From Bryobacterales bacterium (GTDB lineage: Bacteria; Acidobacteriota; Terriglobia; Bryobacterales; Bryobacteraceae): a DNA stretch of 64,000 nucleotides. Numbering within the stretch: position 1 is the stretch's first letter; the number at the start of each line of letters is the position of its first letter. Shown here in pieces: positions 17,995 to 27,880 of this stretch. The DNA is taken from assembly GCA_963836425.1 (NCBI GenBank), contig CAWIJJ010000007.1, positions 178,851-242,850 of the forward strand. Reading direction: 5' to 3'. A program made the position numbers and the translations under genes. Under the pieces are notes generated by a model that was not told the DNA's origin, made no database searches, and saw only the letters and a list, made by a program, of their open reading frames with translations.

Positions 17995-20351
17995 CCTTCC
18001 TTCGGTGGTTGGCAGTTATTTTTCTGCTGGCCGCCCCCGGAATCGCTGCGCCTGCGCCCCCCCGTCCCCTCACTTTGCAGCAGTTGAACGAACGCGACCC
18101 GGCTGCCGCGTTTGCTCCCCGCCACCTCGGCGAATCCGTCACCATCCAAGGCGTTGTCAACAGCCGGGTTCACATTTTCAAGAATTTCCAGCTCGTCTCC
18201 ATCCAGGATTCGGACTGGGGCGGTTTCCTGCTGCTGCCGCCCGGAGATTCGCGTCTCGCCTCCAGCCTGCCCGGCGATGAGTTGCGCGTTTCCGGCGAGG
18301 TCGTCCTTCAGGACGGCGTCGGCATGGTCAAGCCCTCGTCCATCGAACAGGTCGGCCGGCGCAGTCCGCCGCTCCCCGTTACCGTTTCCCTCCGCGAGCT
18401 TGACGGATTCCGCCACATCGGCCGGCTGGTTCGATCCGGTGGAAGAATCACTGCAACCGGGGAGAACCCCAACGGCAGCTACCTGAAGCTCGACCTGCCC
18501 TCCCCCATTACCGTCTTCCTGCCCCGATCTTCCGAAACCGCGCCGTTGATCTCCGGTTTCGACATTCACTCCCAGGTCAAGGTCACCGGCGTGGCCTTTC
18601 AATTCCGCGCCAGTCCGCCGTACAACAGCTATTTCCAGATTCTCGTCGCGGATTCTTCGCAAGTCGCCGCCGTCGCGACGGATTTCCGCGTGAGTGCGGC
18701 GGTGGTCATCGCCGTGGGGGCCGTGATCCTGCTGATTGCCTACCTGTTCTGGAATCGGGAACGCCGCTCCTCCCGGCAGCGCGAGCGGCTTCGCAATTCC
18801 TATCAACTCGGTGAAGAGCTGCTGAGTGCCTCCTCCACCGGCATCATTCTGGAGCGGCTCTCCGAATCCCTGCCCACGATTCTGGGCGTCAGCGGCGTCC
18901 AGCTTTACGTTCACAACCGGTCCGCCAAGAGCCTGGACACCGTCCCTCGCCAAAACGAGGAGGTGCTCGCCATTTCGCTCTCGGCCCCTCCCGGAGGTCC
19001 CCGGTCCGGCGCCGTAGCCTGCTTCCATTACCGCACCCTGCTGGTAATTCCGGACGTCGAACGCAGCCCGTTTCCGGCCGGCAAAGCCATCGGTCCATTC
19101 CCTAAATCCATGCTCTTCGCGCCCATGGTGGCGCAGGGCGAGATGATCGGCGTTCTCGAACTCGACCAGAACGACCGCGCGCGCGATTTCGACGCCGGCG
19201 ACCAGGAACTGGCGCAGCACTTCGCCAATCAGGTCGCCGTCGCCGTCCGCCTGCTCGATCAGCGGCTCGTCCAGGAGCAGCTCTTCCGCACCGAGAAAAT
19301 GGCCGCCGTCGGCCGCCTGATCTCGGGCGTCGTTAACGAGCTGCAAGCCCCGCTCGCGTCCATTTCCGACCTCGCCGGCCGCGTCGTCGAATCGGTCCGC
19401 TCGGGTCCCGCCGAGCGTGACGTGCTGGCCCTCGCCGCCGAAGCCCGTAAGGCCTCCGGAATCGTTGCGCGGCTCGTCTCGTTTGCCGCGGCCGAGCAGG
19501 CCGAAGCCCGGCAGGTCGCCATCGGCCCTCTCCTGCATAACCTGATCGAGTTTCGTGAGGCCGATTGGAAAGCTTGCGGCATCCGTGTCCAGGACCTGAC
19601 CGGCAGCGAGCAGGTCACCGTGCTCGGTTCACACGGCCAGTTGGAGCAGGTCTTCCTCAACCTGCTGGTGCACGCCGAGCAGGCCCTTGCCGAGGCCTCC
19701 CAGAAGGTGATCGGTATCCGCACCAGCGTGCTTGCCAAGCGGATCATCGTGGAGATCTCCTTCACCGCTCCCGCGCGCTGGTGCAAGGCCGAAGAGACCG
19801 CCGCCGTGCTGGGCGTCACCCGCAGCGTGATCGCCGGGCACGGCGGAGAAGTCCGGCTCATCGAAAAAGCCAATACCGAGCCCCGCTTCGAAGTGGAACT
19901 GCCGGTTGCCGGCCGGGAACGGCAAGGGGGCGCCGCCGCTTCGCGCAACCCCGCTGTGGCCGACCCGGGCCGCAAGAATACCGCCCTCCTGATCGAGCCC
20001 GACGAGGCCGCCCAGCGCCAGTTGGTCGCCCTGCTCACCTCCCGCGGCTACCGCGCCGTCCCCGTCGAGAACGCCGACAACGGCCTCGAACTCGCTCACC
20101 GCCTCCGCTTCGACGTTGCCTTTTGTTCCGTTCACGCGCCCGGCCTGAACTGGGTCGAGCTGTCCGAGCGCATGCACTCCCGCGTCGGCGGTTTCGTGCT
20201 CGTCAGCGACGGCTACAACTCCGAGCTCATCGCCGACTTCGAAGGCGACCACCGTTTCGTGCTCCCCAAGCCATTCCAGGAAGCGGAACTGGACCGCATC
20301 CTGAGGAACATCGAACCAACCCTGAAGGCGATCCGGTCCGGCGCCGCCTGA
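17964..20351 (+). CDS. membrane-anchored GAF sensor histidine kinase with a degenerate C-terminal receiver domain
   Basis: 795 aa. Signal/TM, extracytoplasmic domain, second TM (AAVVIAVGAVILLIAYLFW), GAF-like region, H-box-like FRTEKMAAVGRLISGVVNELQAPL, ATPase (HGGEVRLIE...). The C-terminal REC-like domain has Ser at the expected phospho-Asp position. Confidence 0.8.
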   Translation: MDESPSRGRLTFLRWLAVIFLLAAPGIAAPAPPRPLTLQQLNERDPAAAFAPRHLGESVTIQGVVNSRVHIFKNFQLVSIQDSDWGGFLLLPPGDSRLASSLPGDELRVSGEVVLQDGVGMVKPSSIEQVGRRSPPLPVTVSLRELDGFRHIGRLVRSGGRITATGENPNGSYLKLDLPSPITVFLPRSSETAPLISGFDIHSQVKVTGVAFQFRASPPYNSYFQILVADSSQVAAVATDFRVSAAVVIAVGAVILLIAYLFWNRERRSSRQRERLRNSYQLGEELLSASSTGIILERLSESLPTILGVSGVQLYVHNRSAKSLDTVPRQNEEVLAISLSAPPGGPRSGAVACFHYRTLLVIPDVERSPFPAGKAIGPFPKSMLFAPMVAQGEMIGVLELDQNDRARDFDAGDQELAQHFANQVAVAVRLLDQRLVQEQLFRTEKMAAVGRLISGVVNELQAPLASISDLAGRVVESVRSGPAERDVLALAAEARKASGIVARLVSFAAAEQAEARQVAIGPLLHNLIEFREADWKACGIRVQDLTGSEQVTVLGSHGQLEQVFLNLLVHAEQALAEASQKVIGIRTSVLAKRIIVEISFTAPARWCKAEETAAVLGVTRSVIAGHGGEVRLIEKANTEPRFEVELPVAGRERQGGAAASRNPAVADPGRKNTALLIEPDEAAQRQLVALLTSRGYRAVPVENADNGLELAHRLRFDVAFCSVHAPGLNWVELSERMHSRVGGFVLVSDGYNSELIADFEGDHRFVLPKPFQEAELDRILRNIEPTLKAIRSGAA

Positions 20352-20371
20352 ACGTGCTCACGCGCGAATTT

Positions 20372-23227
20372 TCAGTTGCCCGCCCGCTGCGCAAGCGACA
20401 GCGCCAGCCCCGACAATCTCTTCGACGTATACGGTTTTGGCAGGAAAGCCTTCACCTGCTGTCCGGCGAACCGCCCCATCGTCTCGTGTTCGCTATAACC
20501 GCTCGATACGATAATCGGCACCTCAGGCAGCAGCTTGCGCAATTCCGGCAGGACTTCGTGCCCGCTCCTTCCGGGCATGCTCAGATCGAGCAGCACCAGC
20601 CCCACCTCCGGGTGCCGCCGGCACATCTCGATCGCGGCCGCGCCGTTCGCCGCCGCCAGCACCTGGAAACCGCTGCGCTCCAGCGTCTTTGTCGCGAACT
20701 GCCGTACCGACTCCTCATCGTCAATAACCAGGACCGTTGCGGCGCCGGTCGCGGCCGGAGCTTCTTCCGCCACCCCGGGCGAGACCTGCCCGCGCGCCGG
20801 AAAGTACAGCGTGAAACACGTGCCTTGGCCGGGTGCGGTCGCGAGCTTCAGCGCCCCCCGGTGGGCGCGCACGATTCCGCTTACCGCCGCCAGGCCCAGG
20901 CCCCGCCCGGCAAATTTCGTCGAGAAGAACGGATCGAAAACCCTCGTCCGCGTGACCGCGTCCATTCCCGGTCCCGAGTCGCGCACTTCGAGGAAAATGT
21001 ACTGCCCCTCGTGCAACTCCCCCACTGCCAGTTCCTGCCGCGCCGCGCCCTCTTTCACTTCCTCAATTCCAGTGCGCACCGAAATGCTGCCCGCTTCGGA
21101 CCCGATGGCTTCGGCTCCGTTCAGCACCAGGTTCATCACTGCCTGTTGAACCTGGCTGCGATCCGCCTCGACGACAGGCAGATGCGGCTCCAGCTCGAAA
21201 TGAAGCTCTATTTTTCTCGAGATCGAAGGCTGCATCAGGCCGCGCATTTGGGCCGCAACATCCGAAAGATCCAGAGCCTCGATATAGAACGTCCCCTTGC
21301 CGGCGTACGCCAGCAACTGCCGGGTCAAATGTGCGGCCCGCTCGCCCGAGATCAGGATCTCTTGCATCAGCTCGCTCGCCGGATGCCCCGCCGGCAGTTC
21401 CTCCTGCGCCAGGCTCGCGTTGCCCAGCACCCCCACCAGCAGGTTATTGAAATCGTGAGCCACACCTCCCGCCAGCATCCCGATGCTCTCCAGCTTGTAC
21501 GTCTCGCGCAGGCGTTCTTCGGCGCGCCTCAACTGCGTGATGTCCAGGTTGATTCCCGCCCAGCAGACGATCTCGCCGCGCTCGTCCCGCACCGGCACAC
21601 CGCGCGCCAGCACCCTGTGCTGCTGCCCGTCCGCCCCGCGGAATCGATGTTCCGTGTCCCACGCGGCTCCCCGTTCGACGCATTCTTTCCACGCCGCGAC
21701 GGTGCGCTCCCGCTCCTGCGCGTCCAGCGCGTTGCTCCAGCCGAAATTCGAGCACTGCTCTTGCGTGATTCCCAGCAGCTTCAGGAAGGATTCGCTCGCG
21801 TACGTGCAGCGCCCCTCAAGATCGCAGACCCATACCCCGTAATCGATCGACTCCCCGATCGCGCGGTATAGCCGCTCGCTCTTCCGCAGCCGTTCCTCGG
21901 CCCTCCGCTGCTCGGTGATCTCTTCGATCGATACGCTGACGGCAATCACCTGCCCCTGCTCGTCCTTGATCGGTACCCAGCGACTGCACCAGTGCCGCAC
22001 CTGCCCCGGATCCGCCGAGGTGGAGCCGCTCATTTCCACATCGAACAGCGGCTCGCCCGTCTCGACTACCTTCTCGAGCGCCTCCGCCGCCTGCGGACCA
22101 AATTCCGGAATCACCTCCGAAAGCCTCTTGCCGGTATGCGCCTCCGGCGAAAGTCCGTTGATATCCGCTAACCGCCGGTTGATCCGTATCCAGCGCAGAT
22201 CCCGGTCAAGTACGCACAGCCCGACCGGCGCGGACTCGTAGATGGCTTCGATCTCGGCAAGTTGCCGCTGCAGTTGTTGCGCACTTTGCTTGAGAGTCTC
22301 CTGCGCCCGCTTCGACGCGGTGACCTCATGGACAAACACACTCACGCCGATGAAGCCGCCTTCGGCGTCGCTCACCGGGTCGTAACTGGCCAGCCAGAAG
22401 CGCTCCTCCCCGGGGCGCGCGGCCGTCATGCCCCGGATCTCGACATCGTGAACCGGCTCCCGCTTGTCGATCACCCGCCGGAAGATCGGTTCCAGTTGCG
22501 GCCAGAGCTCGGGCACGACTTCCGGTACCTTGCGCCCCACCGCCTCGGCGGCAACGACTCCGTCAATCTCCGCCATCCGTTGATTGACCCGGACAAATCG
22601 GTACTCCGCGTCCACCAGGGCCATCCCTGCCGCCGCGTTGCGGTACAGCGATTCGATTTCGATGAGCTGCCGCGTAACCGTGCGGTTCAGTTCCAGCAGG
22701 GCTGCTTCGCTGGCGCGCAGCGCCTCCTCCATGCGCCTTCGGTCTGTGATTTCGCAGACCACACCTCCCACCCTTGTTTCGCCTCCCGGTGTCTCCACCG
22801 GAAACCACGTCAGGGACCAGTGGCCCGTTTCTTTCGTATTTCCGGCAACGCTGCCGGTGACGTCCCGATCGAAAACCGGCGCTCTCTTTTCGAGCACCTG
22901 CTTGCAGGCTTCCCGCACCTGGTCCGCGACAAACGGCACAACTTCATCCACGCTCTTGCCGACATGTTCCTCTGGCGACAGTCCGTTCATCCCGGCCAGA
23001 TGCCGGTTGACGGCGAGATAGCGCGAATCGCTGCTGAGGAACCCCAGCCCTACCGGCGCCTGGTCAAGAAGCCGGACCAGTCCGGCCAGCGCCTGGTGCT
23101 CCTCCCCGGCGCCGTCTGCGCTTATGCCCAGCCGTTCCACTTGCGATTCCAACTCCGCGATGCGCTGGCGGAGCAGCCGGTTCTCCTCGTGCGGCGACGG
23201 GCCGGCTGGTTCGGTCGGTAACGCCAT
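20372..23227 (-). CDS. multi-PAS hybrid sensor histidine kinase/response regulator
   Basis: At least four PAS/PAC repeats, with a recurring ...EITERKRAEE/ITQLRRAEERL linker pattern. HisKA region GGVAHDFNNLL, then HATPase_c (DSGPGMD...GRGLGL). Canonical REC: VLVIDDEESV...LVLLDLSMPG...SSGY...LPKP. Start moved to the ATG at 23227 (MALPTEPAG...). Confidence 0.9.
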   Translation of the reverse strand: MALPTEPAGPSPHEENRLLRQRIAELESQVERLGISADGAGEEHQALAGLVRLLDQAPVGLGFLSSDSRYLAVNRHLAGMNGLSPEEHVGKSVDEVVPFVADQVREACKQVLEKRAPVFDRDVTGSVAGNTKETGHWSLTWFPVETPGGETRVGGVVCEITDRRRMEEALRASEAALLELNRTVTRQLIEIESLYRNAAAGMALVDAEYRFVRVNQRMAEIDGVVAAEAVGRKVPEVVPELWPQLEPIFRRVIDKREPVHDVEIRGMTAARPGEERFWLASYDPVSDAEGGFIGVSVFVHEVTASKRAQETLKQSAQQLQRQLAEIEAIYESAPVGLCVLDRDLRWIRINRRLADINGLSPEAHTGKRLSEVIPEFGPQAAEALEKVVETGEPLFDVEMSGSTSADPGQVRHWCSRWVPIKDEQGQVIAVSVSIEEITEQRRAEERLRKSERLYRAIGESIDYGVWVCDLEGRCTYASESFLKLLGITQEQCSNFGWSNALDAQERERTVAAWKECVERGAAWDTEHRFRGADGQQHRVLARGVPVRDERGEIVCWAGINLDITQLRRAEERLRETYKLESIGMLAGGVAHDFNNLLVGVLGNASLAQEELPAGHPASELMQEILISGERAAHLTRQLLAYAGKGTFYIEALDLSDVAAQMRGLMQPSISRKIELHFELEPHLPVVEADRSQVQQAVMNLVLNGAEAIGSEAGSISVRTGIEEVKEGAARQELAVGELHEGQYIFLEVRDSGPGMDAVTRTRVFDPFFSTKFAGRGLGLAAVSGIVRAHRGALKLATAPGQGTCFTLYFPARGQVSPGVAEEAPAATGAATVLVIDDEESVRQFATKTLERSGFQVLAAANGAAAIEMCRRHPEVGLVLLDLSMPGRSGHEVLPELRKLLPEVPIIVSSGYSEHETMGRFAGQQVKAFLPKPYTSKRLSGLALSLAQRAGN

Positions 23228-23339
23228 GTGTGATCCACAATAGTATCCGAAACGGCGGCGGGAAGTTATCCGGGGAAGTTGCGGGGATTGACTTCGGGAG
23301 AGATTTATCCGAATAATCAGGCACACCCGGAGGTATGCC

Positions 23340-23513
23340 ATGACGCCCATGAACGCGAACTATCCCCAGCACCCGGACCAGAAGCTTTCCGGAATCGGCG
23401 CTACCGAAGATCAGATGGATATGCGCGACACCATCCCGCAGCGCAACGACCGTTGGGGCAGCAAGATCGAAGACATGGCCGGCACCGGCGAGGTGGATTC
23501 CGCCGGCGGCTAA
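23340..23513 (+). CDS. hypothetical 57-aa acidic hydrophilic protein
   Basis: Own translation: MTPMNANYPQHPDQKLSGIGATEDQMDMRDTIPQRNDRWGSKIEDMAGTGEVDSAGG. GGAGG lies 7 nt upstream of the ATG. It is below the 60-aa cut-off of the ORF track. Confidence 0.35.
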   Translation: MTPMNANYPQHPDQKLSGIGATEDQMDMRDTIPQRNDRWGSKIEDMAGTGEVDSAGG

Positions 23514-25838
23514 TGATACAGCAGATACTTCGCGCGCGTTGCCAGGAAAGGTTCGAGCGCGTCGGTAAGTAACGTCTGAATGCTGCGCGGATCCTCGCCC
23601 GCCTGCATTCGCCGGATTACGTCGTCGCTGCCGATGAGACGTTTCGACGCGGCAAAGTCGATCTTCCCCGGGTATAACTTCTCGAGCGCCACCGCCAGTT
23701 CCAATCCCAGCCGCGAGGCATCGTACAACTCGCGGTTGGTCAGTTGGAACCGGACACCCTCCACCCGCTTCCCTTTGAGGTTCGAATCCGTGGGCGTGAA
23801 TGCGGTGGGATACACGCGAATTCCCGGTATCATCCGTTTGTTGAGGTAAGCGGCCAGTTCCCGTCCGTCGATGAATTCCGCTCCTACCTGTTCGAAGGGC
23901 GAGTCCGTGCCGCGCCCCACCGAATAGTTGGTCGAATACTCGAGCATGGCCAGCGCCGGATAGAGCGTGGCCGCTTTCAGGCTGCGGATATTGGGCGAAG
24001 GGTTGACCCACGGCAGATTGGTCGAATCCAGCCAGTCCCCGCGATTCCAGTCCTGCATCGGAATCACCGTCAGGGCTGCGCCGATCCGGTTCTCGCCGTT
24101 GAACAGGCCCGCCAGTTCTCCGATCGTCATCCCGTGGCGTAGCGGCAGCCCGGCAAAATAGCCGACGAAACTGGTGTTGGCCGCATCGAGCGGCGGCCCT
24201 TCCACGTGCACCCCGGTAATCGGGTTGGGCCGGTCCAGCACGTAAAACGGAATCCGCGCTTTGGCCGCCTCCTCCATCGCGTAAGCCATGGTGCTGACAT
24301 ACGTGTAGAAGCGCGCGCCCACGTCCTGAATATCGAAGACCAGCACGTCGATGCCTTCGAGCGACCGTGCCGTGGGCCGGCGGCTGTCGCCGTACAGGCT
24401 GTAGATTTTGATGCCGGTGGCCGGGTCCACGGCATCGGCAATGCCGGAGCGGTCCTCGGTGCCGGCGATGCCGTGCTCCGGGGAGAACAGGGCGGCCACC
24501 TGGATACCCGCCTGCCGCATCGCGTCCACGTTGCGGCGGCCCTCCCGGTCGATACCCGTGTGATTCGTAATCAGCCCCACCCGCTTGCCCGCCAGCGGCT
24601 GAAACTTCCGCGCCTCCAGCACGTCGAGCCCGGTCTGCGTGTTGCCGTTGCGCGCCACCACGCGCCGCGCGCCCGCGCCCACCTGGGTTTCGTTGTAGCC
24701 CGTGAGCGCGATGGTCTGCACGGTAGAGCCCGTGCCCGCCGCCGCGATGGTGGCCACGCGCGCGCGCAGCGGAACCATCGACGGGCGCCCGTCGATATGA
24801 ACGCTGTTGGCAAGCAGGATGACGAACGTGCGCGTGATCGGGTCGATCCAGATGGAGGTGCCGGTGAACCCCGTGTGCCCGTACGAGCCGATCGGAAACA
24901 GCTCGCCGCGGTTCGAAGAATGGGGCGAGTCGATATCCCAGCCGAGCCCGCGCAGAATCGGCTGGTCCGGCGGTGTCTGCGGCTCGGTGAATTTACGGAT
25001 GGTGAGCGGGCTGAACACACGCACGCCCTTCAGTTCGCCGCCGTTCAGCATCATCTGTGCGAACAGGGCGAGGTCGTCGGCCGTGGAGAAGAGCCCCGCG
25101 TGCCCGGCCACGCCGCCCATGTTCCGCGCAGTGGGATCGTGCACCACCCCGCGCAGCGGCGGTGTCCTCCGGTTCTCCCGCTCGGTAGGCGCAATGCGCG
25201 GGCGCAGCGAGGCCGGCGGCTGGAACATCGAGTCTTTCATCCCCAGCGGAACGAACACGTTCTCACGGGCGTAATCGGAAACCAGCTTGCCGCTCAACCG
25301 GTGAACGATCTCCCCCAGCAGAATGAAATTGATGTCGCTGTAGACGTAGTTGGTGCCCGGAGGTCCGCCGGGCGCGAACGTGCACGCCAGTTGGATGCCG
25401 TGCTGATATCCGCTCCAGGGCACCTTTCAGAGGCACGTCAGGCTGAAGTCCGGAAAAGTGCGTAAACAGGTTGCGCAGCGTGATGTCGGTCTTGCCGCCC
25501 ATGAATTCCGGAATGTAGTCGGTGACCTTGTCGTTCAACCGGAAGCGGCCCTGCTCGAACAGCTTCATCATCGAGGAGGTGGTGGCGATGACCTTGGTGA
25601 GCGAGGCGACATCGAAAATCGTGTCCACCGTCATGGGTTCGCGCACCGGATAGAGGGCGCGGCTGCCGTAGGCCTTGCGGTAGACGATACGGTCGTTGTG
25701 CCCGACGATCAGAACCGCGCCGGGAAGCTTCTTTTCGGCGATCGCACGGTTGATCTCATCGTCGAACGCCGGGCCGCCGGGAAACGTCTGGGCGCACAAA
25801 GCGGCCCCGAACAAAGCGGCGCAGCAGAGGAATTTCAT
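23510..25838 (-). pseudogene. secreted beta-lactamase-family (AmiE-like) serine hydrolase fused to a DUF1343/NamZ-like domain, interrupted by one apparent frameshift
   Basis: Track ORFs 25263..25925 and 23510..25423 are two halves of one gene. The first carries the signal peptide MKFLCCAALFGAALCAQ and the SxxK motif ASLTK. The second continues the beta-lactamase fold (...YVYSDINFILLGEIV..., HTGFTGTS) and then a full DUF1343 domain (GLITNHTGID...PEHG...DIQDVGARFYTY...). The reading frame changes near 25,424-25,436 (...HFSGLQPDVPLK | PWSGYQHG...). Confidence 0.8.
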
Positions 25839-25848
25839 ATATCTTCCA

Positions 25849-27120
25849 TCATACCCGCGGCTGCTTTGCCGACACCAATTCGCCCGCCTGGCGCAGTTCC
25901 GGGAACATCCAGGCCCACAGCGCAACCACCGCCAGCGTGCCCAGCCCGCCCAGGATCACCGCCGGAACCGTGCCGAACCACTGCGCCGTCACGCCCGATT
26001 CGAACTGCCCCACTTCGTTCGAGGTGCCGATAAAGATTCCGTTCACCGCGCTCACCCGCCCGCGCATCCCGTCCGGCGTGCCCAGTTGCACCATCGTGTG
26101 GCGCACGATGACGCTGACCATGTCGAAGGCGCCCGCCGCCATGAGCGCCGCGAAGGCCACTACCAGCGTGCGGGAAAAACCGAAGATCACGATGCACACT
26201 CCGAAGCCCGCCACGCACCACAGCATCGCCGCGCCCGCGCGGCGCCGCAGCGGACGGTGCGCCACCACGATCGCCATCAGCACCGCCCCGATGCCCGGCC
26301 CGCTGCGCAGCACGCCCAGCGCAAACGCGCCCGCGTGCAGAATCTCGCGCGCGTACACCGGCAGCAGCGCCACCGCGCCGCCCAGCAGCACCGCGAACAT
26401 ATCCAGGCTGATGGCGCCCAGAATCAGCTTGTGGCTCCAGATGTAGCGCAGGCCGTCGAGGACCACGCCAATGGAGGCCGTGCCGCGCGCCTGCTGCGCA
26501 ACCTGCACCCGGATTCGCGACACCATAAAGAGAGCCGCCAGGTAGCTCACGGCCGCCGAAACATACACCGGAATCGGACTGCCCGCCGCGCCGTACAGCA
26601 GCCCGCCTATCATCGGCCCCGCCACCATCGCCCCTTGAAACACCGACGAGCCCCAGGCCACCGCGTTCGGAAAGTGCTCCACCGGTACAAGCTGCGGCAT
26701 GAAGGACTGGTTGGCCGGACCGTTGAACGCCCGCACCACCCCGTTGAGCAGCAGCACCGCGTAGATCGGCGCCACGCTCGCCAAACCGCGCCAGGCGAAC
26801 AGCAGCAGCATGGCCGAACAGAGCGTATATCCGGCGCAGCAGAACAGCAGAATCATGCGGCGCGAGAAGCGGTCCGCGGCGTGGCCGCCCACCAGGAACA
26901 GAAAAATGCCGGGCAGGAATTGGGCCAGCCCCACCAGTCCCAGGTCGAAAGGCCGGTGCGTCATGCCGTAGATCTGCCAGGCGACCGCGACCGCCTGCAT
27001 CTCGGAGGCGCCGGTCGAAAGCAGCCGTGCCAGCATGAAAAACCGGAACTGTGGATAGCGGAAGGCCACCCGGCCTTCCGAAGCGCTAGCGGATATGGAG
27101 CACCCCGACCATCGCTCCAT
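25849..27120 (-). CDS. MFS transporter (EntS/MFS_3-like)
   Basis: 12-TM pattern. N-terminus FRYPQFRFFMLARLLSTGASEMQAVAVAWQIY and GGHAADRFSRR (MFS motif A-like). Start moved to the ATG at 27120 within track ORF 25849..27378. Confidence 0.85.
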   Translation of the reverse strand: MERWSGCSISASASEGRVAFRYPQFRFFMLARLLSTGASEMQAVAVAWQIYGMTHRPFDLGLVGLAQFLPGIFLFLVGGHAADRFSRRMILLFCCAGYTLCSAMLLLFAWRGLASVAPIYAVLLLNGVVRAFNGPANQSFMPQLVPVEHFPNAVAWGSSVFQGAMVAGPMIGGLLYGAAGSPIPVYVSAAVSYLAALFMVSRIRVQVAQQARGTASIGVVLDGLRYIWSHKLILGAISLDMFAVLLGGAVALLPVYAREILHAGAFALGVLRSGPGIGAVLMAIVVAHRPLRRRAGAAMLWCVAGFGVCIVIFGFSRTLVVAFAALMAAGAFDMVSVIVRHTMVQLGTPDGMRGRVSAVNGIFIGTSNEVGQFESGVTAQWFGTVPAVILGGLGTLAVVALWAWMFPELRQAGELVSAKQPRV

Positions 27121-27163
27121 TGTACGCGGGCGGCTGGGTGCTAAAGTGCAACGGAAAGGCCGC

Positions 27164-27880
27164 ATGAGAACCGTTGCCGGAATCGTCCTCGCCGCCGCCG
27201 TGTTCCTCCTTTGGCCGCGGCGCGCCGATCCGCTGCCCGGTTTTCCCCATGTTTTCCTGTGGGCCTGGGAGCGCAGCGAGAACCTGGATTTCATCGACCC
27301 CCATTCGACCGGTGTCGCCTTTCTCGCCCGCACCGTGTTTCTCTCCGAACGCAACGTGTCCGTGCGGCCACGCCTCAACCCGCTTCGCTACACCCCGGGG
27401 GCTGTACTGATGGCCGTCGTGCGCGTCGAGTCCGACCGCACGCCGCTGCCCGCTGCGGCGCCTGCGGCCGAAGCCGTCGCCGCGGCCGCCGGCATCCCGG
27501 GCGTTCGCGCGCTTCAAGTGGATTTCGATGCCACCCTGTCGCAACGGAGTTTCTACCGCGAGGTCCTTCAGCGGATTTCGAAAAGGCTGCCGGCTGGGAT
27601 GCCCCTCTCCATCACGGCGCTGGCCTCATGGTGTGAAGAGGACAACTGGATCGAGGGCCTGCCCGTGGCCGAGGCCGTCCCGATGCTGTTTCGCATGGGC
27701 CCCGGGGAACAGCCGCGCCGCGATTTCCGTCCCGCTCTCTGCCGTTCGAGCGTGGGTGTATCCACCGATGAGCCGCTCCCTGGGCCGCCCGCGGCCGAGC
27801 GGCTGTACATTTTCAATCCGCGTCCCTGGAACCGTTCCGACTTCCGGTACGCGATGCGCGAGGTGCGCCGATGGCGCTGA
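27164..27880 (+). CDS. hypothetical exported/anchored protein
   Basis: N-terminal hydrophobic segment MRTVAGIVLAAAVFLLW. No motif I can name with confidence. Its 3' end overlaps the next gene start by 10 nt. Start moved to the ATG at 27164. Confidence 0.5.
   Translation: MRTVAGIVLAAAVFLLWPRRADPLPGFPHVFLWAWERSENLDFIDPHSTGVAFLARTVFLSERNVSVRPRLNPLRYTPGAVLMAVVRVESDRTPLPAAAPAAEAVAAAAGIPGVRALQVDFDATLSQRSFYREVLQRISKRLPAGMPLSITALASWCEEDNWIEGLPVAEAVPMLFRMGPGEQPRRDFRPALCRSSVGVSTDEPLPGPPAAERLYIFNPRPWNRSDFRYAMREVRRWR

Noticed and set aside
23779-23789. GGTTCGAATCC, the canonical tRNA T-arm sequence.
   Set aside because: It lies inside the well-supported DUF1343 coding region. The flanking sequence does not fold into acceptor, D or anticodon arms.
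25424-25436. Programmed ribosomal frameshifting as the explanation for this junction and the others at about 29.0, 37.2, 62.29 and 63.25 kb.
   Set aside because: I saw no shared slippery heptamer, no internal-SD stimulator and no downstream pseudoknot-like structure at the junctions. The affected families (Lhr, beta-lactamase fold, Hanks kinases) are not known to use recoding.
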